Below are positions 41,555 to 51,533 of a stretch of 64,000 nucleotides of DNA, piece by piece. Positions within the stretch are counted from its first letter, which is position 1; every line of letters starts with the position of its first letter. The notes beneath the pieces are model-generated. The model was not told where the DNA came from and did no database searches. It saw only the letters and a list, made by a program, of their open reading frames with translations. Position numbers and translations under genes: made by a program. The stretch spans positions 96,001 to 160,000 of the forward strand of contig JAWBYA010000004.1 in the NCBI GenBank assembly GCA_038867615.1, given 5' to 3'. This DNA is from Sulfolobales archaeon. GTDB taxonomy: Archaea > Thermoproteota > Thermoprotei_A > Sulfolobales > AG1.

Positions 41555-43273
41555 TCAGAGCCTCATGTATTTGATGTAGAACTCCTTATAGTCTCCGAAT
41601 GGTTTTCTGAGGCTTGCTTCTGTTACTATTCTGAACTCCTCAGTATAGCCCTTACCATTATAGAGTATTAGTGCTGAGAGGTTCTTAGTGGTTGTTGAGC
41701 TAGCTCTATCTAGCGCTGTTATCACCGCACCTCCATGGGGATCTATTATTGTTAGATTTATGGCGAAGCCCCCGATCACGTAAGCCCTCTCGTACATGAC
41801 CTCTCTATACCAGTCCTCCCCATGGCTATTGTCTAGTGTTCTTACTAGCCAGACATCTATCATATCATCCTCGGTGAGTGTGGCGTTATACGGGATCTTT
41901 GAAGGATCCGATGTTGGTGTGAATGTGAAAGCACTTGTGAGTCTTATCAAATAGCTTCCACCTGATTCCATCGAATAAGAGGCCGCGCCTCTCCCCATAG
42001 CCCTGTTTGTGAAGTTCTGCATGAGTGTTGATATGAAGAGGCTATCGCTTGAATATATATTAGCGCTTGAGAAACCCTCGGAGTACGTTGATGCATTGAT
42101 AACCCCTCTGGGTGTTGTTAGAGTAGCCTCGTAGTAGATCCTATATCTCGTGTTCTCAACATAGTAAGATATCCCTAGACTCTCTATATCAACTATATAT
42201 GGTGTCCTATCATAACTAGCCTCTCCCTTCACAATACTCCCACCGCTTACAGCTCTGGAGGGGTCTGTCCATACTAATAATGCGCCTCCAACCATTACCA
42301 CGAACAGCTTGCTTTCAGCCCTTTTAGAGGCTTCATCCATACCAACAACCTGCATGGATATATTGGCATTCTTTCCAAGGGCTAGGAATGGTGTTAGATC
42401 TATAATCTGCGGGCTCTTAGTGTAATGGGTGTTCACAGATGTCATTGGTCTCCAATAGAGCGGGAATATACCTCCAGTAAATATTGTTGGGAATACGTGG
42501 AAAACCCCCGCCAGATTATCATTATAATATACCAGGATATCCCTCACAGAAGGTATATTCGCGTAGAAGAACTCATCAAGCCTGCCAGGCTTTGCGAATA
42601 GATATAGGGCTGTTCTATAAGCGTTATCAGGGATCCTTAGTGTCGTGTTCAGCACAAGCGTGTCTGGCGTGAAACTCCCTATTGGGGGGACTGCTTCTCC
42701 CCATAATGGTATATATGTATCAGGCACCCAGGATGGTGTTTTTCCTGGGTATAGGTAGAGCGTTATGTTGACTAGAAAGACCCCTACAATCCCTATAGAT
42801 GGTGCTAGGAAATTGGTGAGGACGATGCTGAAGTTAACATCGCCTTTGAAGAGGTTTAGGAATAGTGTTACATCAGCCTCGGCTGTCGAGTTGAGCCTCT
42901 GTATAGTAGATCCCCAGTATATTGGGACATTGTTAGCAAAGATCCAGAATATCCTGTCAAACTGTCTATCAGTCACCCTCATGCTGACATTAATTATAGC
43001 CCTGCTATAATTACCAGGAGGTATAGAGACAACAACACTCTTCGGAGTATAGCCCGTGTTTTCGAAAGACATGTTGATCGCTATAGGGATAACCACTGGC
43101 TGCACACCGCTTGGCGGGAGGGGTTTGAACGGTTCGAAAGACCAGTAGCTGGAGAAACTCCTGGGATCCTTATACTCTATAACCTCTAAAGACTGTGCAG
43201 ATGCCTGCACAGATAGGAGGAGTAGATAGAACAATCCAAACAGTAATACTGGATATCCACCCCTCCTACCCAA
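41555..43273 (-). CDS. Secreted peptide-N-glycosidase A (PNGase A) family protein
   Basis: Signal peptide; RQFDR, DEFFYAN, FPTIFTGGIFPLYWRP, IDLTPFL motifs. Confidence 0.85.
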   Translation of the reverse strand: MGRRGGYPVLLFGLFYLLLLSVQASAQSLEVIEYKDPRSFSSYWSFEPFKPLPPSGVQPVVIPIAINMSFENTGYTPKSVVVSIPPGNYSRAIINVSMRVTDRQFDRIFWIFANNVPIYWGSTIQRLNSTAEADVTLFLNLFKGDVNFSIVLTNFLAPSIGIVGVFLVNITLYLYPGKTPSWVPDTYIPLWGEAVPPIGSFTPDTLVLNTTLRIPDNAYRTALYLFAKPGRLDEFFYANIPSVRDILVYYNDNLAGVFHVFPTIFTGGIFPLYWRPMTSVNTHYTKSPQIIDLTPFLALGKNANISMQVVGMDEASKRAESKLFVVMVGGALLVWTDPSRAVSGGSIVKGEASYDRTPYIVDIESLGISYYVENTRYRIYYEATLTTPRGVINASTYSEGFSSANIYSSDSLFISTLMQNFTNRAMGRGAASYSMESGGSYLIRLTSAFTFTPTSDPSKIPYNATLTEDDMIDVWLVRTLDNSHGEDWYREVMYERAYVIGGFAINLTIIDPHGGAVITALDRASSTTTKNLSALILYNGKGYTEEFRIVTEASLRKPFGDYKEFYIKYMRL

Positions 43274-43368
43274 TGTACCACCCTCGAAAAATAGACATTA
43301 CAGGGATTTATAAAAGGTATAAGCGTTGGTGTAATAAGTGTTATTGACCCACAAGACTCGGTGATAAT

Positions 43369-44448
43369 ATGGGCAACCTAGAGAAGAGGCTTGAGCTCGC
43401 CATGAGGGGTGCTGAAGAGGTGGTTACTGTTGATGAGCTGAGAACCCTTATTGAGAGCGGGGGTGGGAAGGGCTATCTAGGTTTCGAGCCCTCGGGACTA
43501 TTCCATATAGGCTGGCTTGTGTGGGCTTACAAGTTCAAAGAGCTGATAGAGGCTGGTTTTAAGATGAAGCTCCTCGCAGCTACATGGCATGCGTGGATTA
43601 ATGATAAGCTTGGCGGTGATCTTGAGCTTATTAGGAGGGCTTCTAGACATGTGGCTGATGTTTTAGAAGCGATAGGGATAGACAGATCTTCTTATGATCT
43701 GGTATATGCTGAGGATCTAGTATCTGATCTAGAGTATTGGAACTTGATAATAAGGATCGCTAAGAGCTTCTCGCTCGCAAGGATCAGGAGGGCGTTAACA
43801 ATAATGGGTAGGAGGGCTGAGGAGTCTGAATCAGACTTCTCAAAACTCATATATCCGCTTATGCAGGTTGCCGATATATTCTACATGGATCTCGATCTAG
43901 CCCTCGGAGGGATAGATCAGAGGAAAGCCCACATGCTTGCCAGAGAAGCTGCTGAAAAGCTTAGAAAGAAAAAGATAGTCGCAATACACACACCCCTACT
44001 ACCCTCACTGCTAGGACCGGAGAAGATGGAAGCCGCTCTCGAGAGGGATGAGCTATACTCCCAGATCAAGATGAGCAAGTCAAAGCCCGAGGGGGCTATA
44101 TTCGTATATGACAAGCCTGAAGAGATATACTCAAAGATCCGGAAGGCCTACTGCCCACCAAGAGAGATAGAGACCAACCCAATAATAGGGATAGCTAGGC
44201 ATATACTGCTAAGAGGAGGGGGGACAATAACTATTGAGAGAAAACCCGAGCACGGAGGCACGGTAGAGCTAACTATAGAAGAGCTAGAGAGGCTATATTC
44301 TGAGGGAAAGATACACCCCCTCGATCTCAAGAACGCTGTTGCTAAGGAGCTGATAAGAATCTTAGAGCCTGTGAGAAGATACTTCGAAAGCAATAGAGAA
44401 GCGCTAGAGACGCTGGAAATCCTGAGAAGCTCTAGAATTACAAGATAA
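43369..44448 (+). CDS. tyrS: Tyrosine--tRNA ligase
   Basis: YLGFEPSGLFHIG, YPLMQVAD, GGIDQRKAH, KMSKS. Confidence 0.97.
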   Translation: MGNLEKRLELAMRGAEEVVTVDELRTLIESGGGKGYLGFEPSGLFHIGWLVWAYKFKELIEAGFKMKLLAATWHAWINDKLGGDLELIRRASRHVADVLEAIGIDRSSYDLVYAEDLVSDLEYWNLIIRIAKSFSLARIRRALTIMGRRAEESESDFSKLIYPLMQVADIFYMDLDLALGGIDQRKAHMLAREAAEKLRKKKIVAIHTPLLPSLLGPEKMEAALERDELYSQIKMSKSKPEGAIFVYDKPEEIYSKIRKAYCPPREIETNPIIGIARHILLRGGGTITIERKPEHGGTVELTIEELERLYSEGKIHPLDLKNAVAKELIRILEPVRRYFESNREALETLEILRSSRITR

Positions 44449-44492
44449 ACATTAACACCTATAACCAAGTCTGTAGAACACGACCTCAAAAC

Positions 44493-45395
44493 CTATTCTC
44501 TATACATAATATAAACGCCTAGAAGCATTGTGATACCCGCTAACAGCTGTATGAGGGAGAAGCCTTCTCTAAGAATGATGAATGCGAAAACAGCGCCAAA
44601 GAGTGAGGATGTTGAGAAAATGATCCCTGTTTTCATAGCGCCTATCTCCCTCAGACCCAGGAGGAAAAGGAGGATCGAGAACCCTATGCTAAGAGCTCCC
44701 GCCGATAGCATGTAGGGAAGCGCGGATAGAGGGATTTGGAGTGGTAGCCCTAGTAGTTTGGAGAGTAGTAGCAATACCGCTCCTCCTGCTAGGCATTTTA
44801 TAGCTGTTACAATCACTATATCCTTCCTGCTTAAAAGCTTGCTCAGGTTGTTATCGATACCCCAGAACATGCTTGCCATCACTATCAATAGGTTGCCTAG
44901 GAGGTTCTGGGTGAGGGTTAGTAGGTGGAACTCACCGTTAGTTGTTAGAAACAAAGCCCCAGTGAATATGAGAAAGATCCCAAACCAGTCTTTTCCATAC
45001 GCCTTTTCACCCAAGAAGAGGAACGCTATCAATGCTGTGAACAAGGATTCAGTGTTCTGCAATAGGGATGCGTTAACCGCTGTAGTCTGGTTAAGGCCGT
45101 TTAGGTATAGGAGAGGCGCGATTGTGGAGCCAGATAGTATGACTAGCACGAGTATACCGAGATCCTTTTTATCCATCCTAGCCTCTATCCCAGTAGGTAT
45201 TGCGAGGATTTTTAGGAGCCTGCTACTAAGTGGTGAGAGCCTAACTATTGATAGGAATAATCCCGCAAACACATATATAGCACCAGCAACTACCGTCGGG
45301 TGCACGTCTGCCAGGACTATTTTATTCAGAGTAGCTCCAAGCCCGAAGAGAAGAGCTGATGAGATCGCAGCGATATATCCCCACTGATGAGCCAT
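44493..45395 (-). CDS. EamA/DMT family transporter
   Basis: Two EamA repeats, ~10 TM helices, ASLLQNTE and WGIDNNLSK. Confidence 0.9.
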   Translation of the reverse strand: MAHQWGYIAAISSALLFGLGATLNKIVLADVHPTVVAGAIYVFAGLFLSIVRLSPLSSRLLKILAIPTGIEARMDKKDLGILVLVILSGSTIAPLLYLNGLNQTTAVNASLLQNTESLFTALIAFLFLGEKAYGKDWFGIFLIFTGALFLTTNGEFHLLTLTQNLLGNLLIVMASMFWGIDNNLSKLLSRKDIVIVTAIKCLAGGAVLLLLSKLLGLPLQIPLSALPYMLSAGALSIGFSILLFLLGLREIGAMKTGIIFSTSSLFGAVFAFIILREGFSLIQLLAGITMLLGVYIMYRE

Positions 45396-45548
45396 GTTTG
45401 CAAGACCACCTCTTGTAATACAATCACAATACTAGTTTCTCGCGGCAACATAAGCATCCCAGTAGCTGAACGCCTCTTCTCCCGAGTTTGTTATCCTCAA
45501 CCCTTGAATAGATATTTCTCGATATGTGTTAGGAAGATTGGGATACAT

Positions 45549-46796
45549 ATGATCAGAATTGTTGGCCCACACCTCTATATCGGTGAATACCTTGCCGAAG
45601 ATCTTGCTGAGAGGTTTGGGACTCCTCTTTACGTGTATGATAAGGAGGTGATTGTGGAGAACTACCTGAGACTAGCTAGATCGATACCCTATGAGGATCT
45701 CGAGATCCTTTACTCGTGTAAGGCTAACAATAACCCCGAGATTCTAGTTACGCTGAGGGATCTGGGGAGCGGTTTAGATGCTGTCTCTCCATTCGAGGCT
45801 CTCTTGGGTATCAGGCTTGGCTTCCCCAGGGAGAAGATCCTCTTCACAGGCACAAGCGTCTCAGACAATGAGATGAGGTTCGTTAGAGGCGAGCTTGGCG
45901 TGATGATCAATATTGATTCACTCTCCCAGCTTAAGAGATATGGGAGACTATTCCCCGGAACCGAGGTTTCTGTGAGAGTGAACCCCGGCGTTGGTGCTGG
46001 TCATCATGGCTATGCAGTAACCGGGGGTGTTACCAAATTTGGTGTCTATTTGAACCAGATTGAGAGGGTTAGGGATATAGCTAGGGAGTTTGGCTTAAGG
46101 ATTGTAGGGCTCCATATGCATATCGGCTCCGGGATACTCGATGCGAGCGTGTATGGAGAGGCTCTAGACGTGCTGCTAAGTGTGGCTAGAAGGTTCAGCG
46201 GTCTTGAGTTCATAGATATAGGCGGGGGTCTTGGGATACCGTATAAGCCTGGCGAGAGACCAATAGATCTAGATCGATTCGGCTCCGTAGTATCAAAAGC
46301 CCTGAGGGATTTTAGCCAATCCTATGGGCATGTTAAGCTGAGGATAGAGCCTGGGAGATATATTGTTGGCAATGCCGGTGTCCTCCTAGTCAGGGTTGTT
46401 GATATAAAGGAGGTTGAGGTCAACGGCTCTAGAAAGATCTTCGTGGGCGTTGATTCGGGTATGAACCACCTGATCAGACCAGCCCTCTACGGATCCTACC
46501 ACGAGGTGATACCAGCCTCTAAGGCTGACAAGCCCAAAGAGATCTTAGCCGACATAGTGGGTAATATATGTGAGAGCGGCGACATCCTAGCCCTCGAGAG
46601 ACCCATGCCCAGGCTAGAGGAGGGAGATCTTCTAGCCATAATGGATGTAGGTGCATATGGCTATTCAATGAGCTCCAACTATAACCTCAGGCCAAGACCT
46701 CCTGAGATCATGGTATTCAGAGGCGAAGTAAAGCTTATACGTGGAAGAGAAACTTTCGACGATCTTATCAGGCTAGCTACCAACAGCTCTATATGA
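45549..46796 (+). CDS. lysA: Diaminopimelate decarboxylase (group IV PLP decarboxylase)
   Basis: FGTPLYVYD, YSCKAN, HIGSGI, DIGGG, EPGRYIV, CESGD, GAYGYSMSSNYN; likely start MIRIVG at 45549. Confidence 0.85.
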   Translation: MIRIVGPHLYIGEYLAEDLAERFGTPLYVYDKEVIVENYLRLARSIPYEDLEILYSCKANNNPEILVTLRDLGSGLDAVSPFEALLGIRLGFPREKILFTGTSVSDNEMRFVRGELGVMINIDSLSQLKRYGRLFPGTEVSVRVNPGVGAGHHGYAVTGGVTKFGVYLNQIERVRDIAREFGLRIVGLHMHIGSGILDASVYGEALDVLLSVARRFSGLEFIDIGGGLGIPYKPGERPIDLDRFGSVVSKALRDFSQSYGHVKLRIEPGRYIVGNAGVLLVRVVDIKEVEVNGSRKIFVGVDSGMNHLIRPALYGSYHEVIPASKADKPKEILADIVGNICESGDILALERPMPRLEEGDLLAIMDVGAYGYSMSSNYNLRPRPPEIMVFRGEVKLIRGRETFDDLIRLATNSSI

Positions 46797-46960
46797 AATT
46801 ATATTCCTGCTAACAAGAATCCCACAAATAGCTGATCCATAGACAAAGAAAATATATTTAAGATCTATCAGCATGTATTGATCTAATGCCGGGCTATGAT
46901 ATAGATTACTTTTACCGTCACTTCCCTCCTTAGTCTGTGTTTGCACTAGTTATAGGCTCT

Positions 46961-47921
46961 TCACCCCTTAGCTGGTGTTCCAGCCTTGTGGAGTAAGGCG
47001 TTAAGCTCTTCCAGACCCCTGGGTAGATGTCTAGCCCCTAAACCTGTCGCTTTATAAGCCCCCATCATGTTCCCCAGTCTGGCTGCCTCTTCAAGGCTTT
47101 GCTGCCTAATTATGCCATAGATAACGCCAGCGTCGAATGCGTCTCCGCATCCTGTTGTGTCGATAGCTTTGACTCTATATGCTGGTATGTTTATCAGCTT
47201 GTCTGAATAGCTGATCGTAGATCCTTTCTCACCCCTCTTCACAAAGATCGCTCTTGGCTTGAGCATCTCATCCAGTTTCTTGGTAGCTTTGCTTAGATTG
47301 CGCTCACCACTCACGCCTCTAAGCTCTTCCACGTTTAGGAAGACGTATGAGACCTTTCCCCTTAATCCCTCGAGAATCCCTGGCTTTTCTCCACTTATCT
47401 CGTGAAGATCCACCCCTACCTCGACCCCTAGTTTATATGCAAGCTCTGCTGCCCCGATCATTGCTTCCTCCCCCCCATGGGCTGTGGGCTAGATAGCCCG
47501 AGATGAACAGGAACTTCGAGCCCTTCAGGGTCTCGGCTAGAGAGTCTAGGTCGGCGTATCGCTCTTCACAAGCGCCTCTATAGCTGAAGAGGGTTCTGGA
47601 GCCGTCTGGTTCTACGAAGGCTACTGTTACTCCGGAGTGTTTGTCTCTAAAGATCTTAACGTGCCTCGAATCTATGCCCTCGTTCTCTAGATCCTCTAGT
47701 AGGTAGCGGCCTATAGCATCCCCACCTACTGCTGATACTAGGCATGTTTTAACCCCGAGCCTTGAGAGTGCTGTTGAGATGTTACCCCCTACTCCTCCGG
47801 GCGATATGAATGCTCTGCTTATCACGTGGGATAGGCCGTCGATCTTTGCTCTTCTGTCTATGTAGAAGAGTATATCGAGCAGGAGATCCCCGATCACCAC
47901 GACCTCGCAGGCTTGGCTCAA
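46961..47921 (-). pseudogene. PfkB carbohydrate/nucleoside kinase split by a frameshift in a G7 run
   Basis: N-half (PGGVGGN, VGGDAIG) and C-half (DTTGCGDAF) are in different frames; deleting one G at 47470-47476 gives ...SPWGEEAMIGAAE... Confidence 0.85.
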
Positions 47922-48814
47922 GAGCCTCTCAGCCTCTTTACAACGCTCATTAGCCTCCTAACCCTCTCTGGATCCACGGGGTTCTGGGCTATGCCGTTGA
48001 TTTTGAAATAGGTACCAACTATGGCTCCATCTGCGTATCTCAGCAGCTTCTCGGCATTGTCTGGGTTGAGACCGCTTCCTATTAGGACTGGCATGTCACC
48101 TGCTATCTCTTTAGCTAGTTTTACATCATCAACGCTTGGGGGGTCTCCTGTCATTTTTCCTGTCACGATCACTGCGTCGGCTAGGTAGAAATCGCTCCAC
48201 GTGATATGGGTTGCTAGATCTATGCCTGGGAAGACCTTGCTGTGCTTCTTAACCACGTCTGCGAAGAACTTGATATCCTCTGCCATCAGGCTCTTCCTAA
48301 GCCTGAAGAGATTGGCTGCTACGCCATGATCTATCTCACCAGTATCCCAGACGGTTGCTCCTGTATATAGACAGACCCTGATGAACTTAGCTCCAGCAGC
48401 CTTGGCTATGCCTAGAGCTGCTCTAGTACCGTTATGTATCACTGTAATGCCTACCGGTATGCTTATGCTTTTAACAACCTCTCTCGCAGCCACAGCTTGG
48501 GCTGCTATCTCCTCTGGCGGTGTTCTCTCCCAACCACTATAGTATGGTAGATCCCACATATTCTCCACAATAACCCCGTCGACCTCGTTCTCCTCATATA
48601 TCCTTGCTTCCCTCACGGCCCTCTCGATCACGGTATCCATGGGCCAGCCCTCATATGCTGGAGAGCCTGGTAGAGGGAGTAGGTGAACCATGCCTATTAT
48701 AGCCTTATCAACCTTGAAGAGCTCTTTAATGGACCACATTCTCTTAGAATAGAACCTTCTAGCCCAGTCCTCAACCATAAGCTCGAGATCCCGCCGCCTC
48801 ACAAGAAACACCAA
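47918..48814 (-). CDS. btpA: BtpA/SgcQ family TIM-barrel protein
   Basis: IIGMVHLLPLPGSP, ENMWDLPY, ADVVKKH, DAVIVTG, GSG...DGAIVGT. Confidence 0.93.
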   Translation of the reverse strand: MVFLVRRRDLELMVEDWARRFYSKRMWSIKELFKVDKAIIGMVHLLPLPGSPAYEGWPMDTVIERAVREARIYEENEVDGVIVENMWDLPYYSGWERTPPEEIAAQAVAAREVVKSISIPVGITVIHNGTRAALGIAKAAGAKFIRVCLYTGATVWDTGEIDHGVAANLFRLRKSLMAEDIKFFADVVKKHSKVFPGIDLATHITWSDFYLADAVIVTGKMTGDPPSVDDVKLAKEIAGDMPVLIGSGLNPDNAEKLLRYADGAIVGTYFKINGIAQNPVDPERVRRLMSVVKRLRGS

Positions 48815-49788
48815 GGATTAGATAGCATGGAGGAATAAAGACACAGAGACCAATGGTTTCTAAACGCTATTAAGCAATCCCAATCCAGGCTAGCCAGACC
48901 CTGCTCTAGAATCCTTATAAGAACATCGTGAGACATAGATCCAGTAGCACCCCTAGAAGGATAGGAATATGTTTCGATAAACATGAGCAGCCGTGTATAG
49001 ATTAGTAAACCAGGCAATCGACCGGTAAACTCGATAGCCTATAGAACGTAGAGTCTACCCATACACCTAGAGCTTAGAGAAAAAACCCCTCTCCTCTCAC
49101 CCCGCTATCCCAGCGGGATGGCCAGCGTCTTAGAAATATTGCCCAACTACTATTCAAAGATACCCTTCCCTTTTGATATAGAGTATTGGTTATTAACCTT
49201 CCCGGAAGGAGACCCTATGTCTCTTGATACTTGGTCTTTCTACCTCTCTACCCCGCTTTTGATCAATACGACCAATAGCCTGGATAGCCCTTTCCCTTTA
49301 GGATATATACCTACTCCTTCTCCCTATCTATATAGGTGTTCTGTTAATGTTATTAGGATCAACAAAAGGAGCCCAGACCATGTTGCTAGACACGATCCTG
49401 GCTAACACTGGTTGCGTTATAGAATGAGTAAGATAAAGAGTAGACATTTATGGCATATCAAAAACATCAGTATGCTTGATATTGAAAGTCGATTACAAGG
49501 ATTCGATGAAGCCTTAGCGATACTGAAACCTCGAAAATCCAGAGAAACAATCATAGAGAGCAAAAACCCTGGGAAACAGATCCATATTAAAGAACGCGGT
49601 AATATAATAGTGATCAAAAACTACTTAAGCCTGTTACGGGTAGAATAGGCTCATGTCTTCTTAACCAGTCAACCACTTCTGAGGCTAACACGTTTCAATC
49701 GATATAGGTGGCTCGAAATCGCTATAGTGAATATATCGTTTATACTATATTGATCGATGTTTTCTATGTAGTTTTCCGGGTTGATATT

Positions 49789-49995
49789 GATCCTTAGGGA
49801 TCTTGTTGATCGCTGTGGGGATCGTGGATCGAGGGCTGATCTTTATTGATCCGGATCTTGTGGAAGATCCCGTTGGATTTATGGTGTTGTTAACTGGCAC
49901 TTAATAACACCTGGTTAATTTTAACCTCTCCCCGCTAGATCAAAAAGATCACGAGGATCTTGAGAGATCCGAGAGGATCCTGGGGATCTAGGATC
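49789..49995. repeat. Two helically phased GATC arrays flanking an inverted repeat
   Basis: GATC at 49789, 49799, 49808, 49820, 49827, 49838, 49848, 49854, 49866 and at 49938, 49947, 49956, 49966, 49976, 49985, 49992. Confidence 0.85.
49883..49911. other. 11-7-11 inverted repeat, recombinase/dif-like architecture
   Basis: GGTGTTGTTAA-CTGGCAC-TTAATAACACC (10/11 symmetric), followed by GGTTAA-TT-TTAACC at 49913-49926. Confidence 0.5.
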
Positions 49996-50739
49996 CCCGC
50001 CTACGGTGTAATAGAATATGTAGTATAAACCGTGGGTCGTGGGCTGTGGTGATACGCTAAATCAACGATCACGGAATCAAGGGCTTGGAATGGCTACATA
50101 TATTGGTGCTATGATCTGGGATCTATCTAATTGTGGTATTACTCGGGGGTTTGATCGCTGTGTGTGGTTTGATTGATCGATAATCCTGCTTAGGGATCTA
50201 CTGGGTAGTGGCTTGACAGGCTTTTCAATGGGGATATCTATCTATGGGTGTCTTGGTATATTGACTAGTATACGATCATAGGGATCGATCTTGAGTGATA
50301 CCGTCCATCAAAAGATCCATGATCATTGGCTCTCATTGGCTATATGTTCTGGAGCTAAGATCCTGGGATCTTTCTAGGATCGTATTACTATGAGATCATA
50401 TATAATATTATTTAAATAGTATATAAGGATCTGGTGTTCCTCGTCGGTGCATAGATCGGTAAATCCACCAATACACCAAGCAATCAACCACTCATTGGAA
50501 TAATCTTCCCAACCCTAGCGCTAGCTACTTGTCATCTCTACCCACTGCTACCCGGTAGCTTGGTGTATGCTATTCATTACTGCACATCGAAAACCGCCAA
50601 TAACCATGATCTGGATATATTATAGCGACACCGAATCCCTGTGGAAGTAATTCTTAGAATGGCAAATTTAGAGGTAGGGTAGCTAGTACCCAGATTGAGG
50701 TCTAGGCTTTATAGCTATTAGTATCAAACACTGGTTGAC

Positions 50740-50984
50740 GGAACCTAGGATCCTTTCTCCTTATCTTTCTTCTCTTTTCTGCTTGTTTCTTCCTTACAAG
50801 TCCTACTAATATGATTGAATCCTCCCTCACTTCTCCTTAGATATAGGGTTTGTTAGAGAGGACTCAACAATTCTCCTAGCCTCACTACTGGCAAGATCGT
50901 CAGTTCTCCTTGGCAATAACATCCTCACTAACAAGGAGCTTAACAAAAAACTCCTAACTAAATCTCAAAACACCATCAGGATCC
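50740..50984 (-). pseudogene. Degraded coding remnant of unknown family
   Basis: DPDGVLRFS*EFFVKLLVSEDVIAKE / TDDLASSEARRIVESSLTNPISKEK*; coding-like but with stops and a frameshift. Confidence 0.3.
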
Positions 50985-51113
50985 AAGATCTTTGATCATT
51001 AGCGCTAGCCCCAAGAACCTATTCTTGCCCCAATAGCTGCGAATCTCTTTCTAAGTCGATAACCAAAGCCGATGACGATACTATGATCTATATTATTGGT
51101 GCTGCTAGCTCTG

Positions 51114-51413
51114 CTAAACAAGCCTTAGCCATCCCTTCTTAATCATCAATGTCACTATTCTCCAAAACCTTCTCTCAGTAACATGCCTAGGATCGAAGCC
51201 CTTCTCGCTGAGAAGCCTCAGCGCCTCATCATAAAGATAATCCATAAGATCTCTGTTAATAACACCTCCAGTAACCTCGAGCACAGCGTGTTCAACATCC
51301 CTATTACTCGGGTATGGCTTCTTACCGCCACGATGCCCCCTAGATCCTCTGCTATTCTCCACAACCTCTCTCAATAGATCCTCAGGGATTCGGGAGAATA
51401 CATCGCTGGTCAA
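51114..51413 (-). CDS. Small basic hypothetical protein, possibly winged-helix
   Basis: KKPYPSNRDV...GFDPRHVTERRFWRIVTLMIKKGWL; likely TTG start at 51413 after GGTGA. Confidence 0.65.
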   Translation of the reverse strand: MTSDVFSRIPEDLLREVVENSRGSRGHRGGKKPYPSNRDVEHAVLEVTGGVINRDLMDYLYDEALRLLSEKGFDPRHVTERRFWRIVTLMIKKGWLRLV

Positions 51414-51533
51414 CCACTCACCAATAATATATACCAAGGAGCCAAATCTATACCGATCCCGTGTACTTCTTACTCTATGGTTGTTGAAAAACATATTAAG
51501 ATCTATTCATCACCACCATATTGGTGATATAGA

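Noticed and set aside
48799-49648. Short ORFs at 48799, 49118, 49412 and 49417
   Set aside because: No recognisable motifs, atypical composition and mutual overlap; probably non-coding or decayed
50630-50655. tccctgtggaagtaa as an ORB box
   Set aside because: Single partial match, no G-string, no partner repeat and no initiator gene nearby
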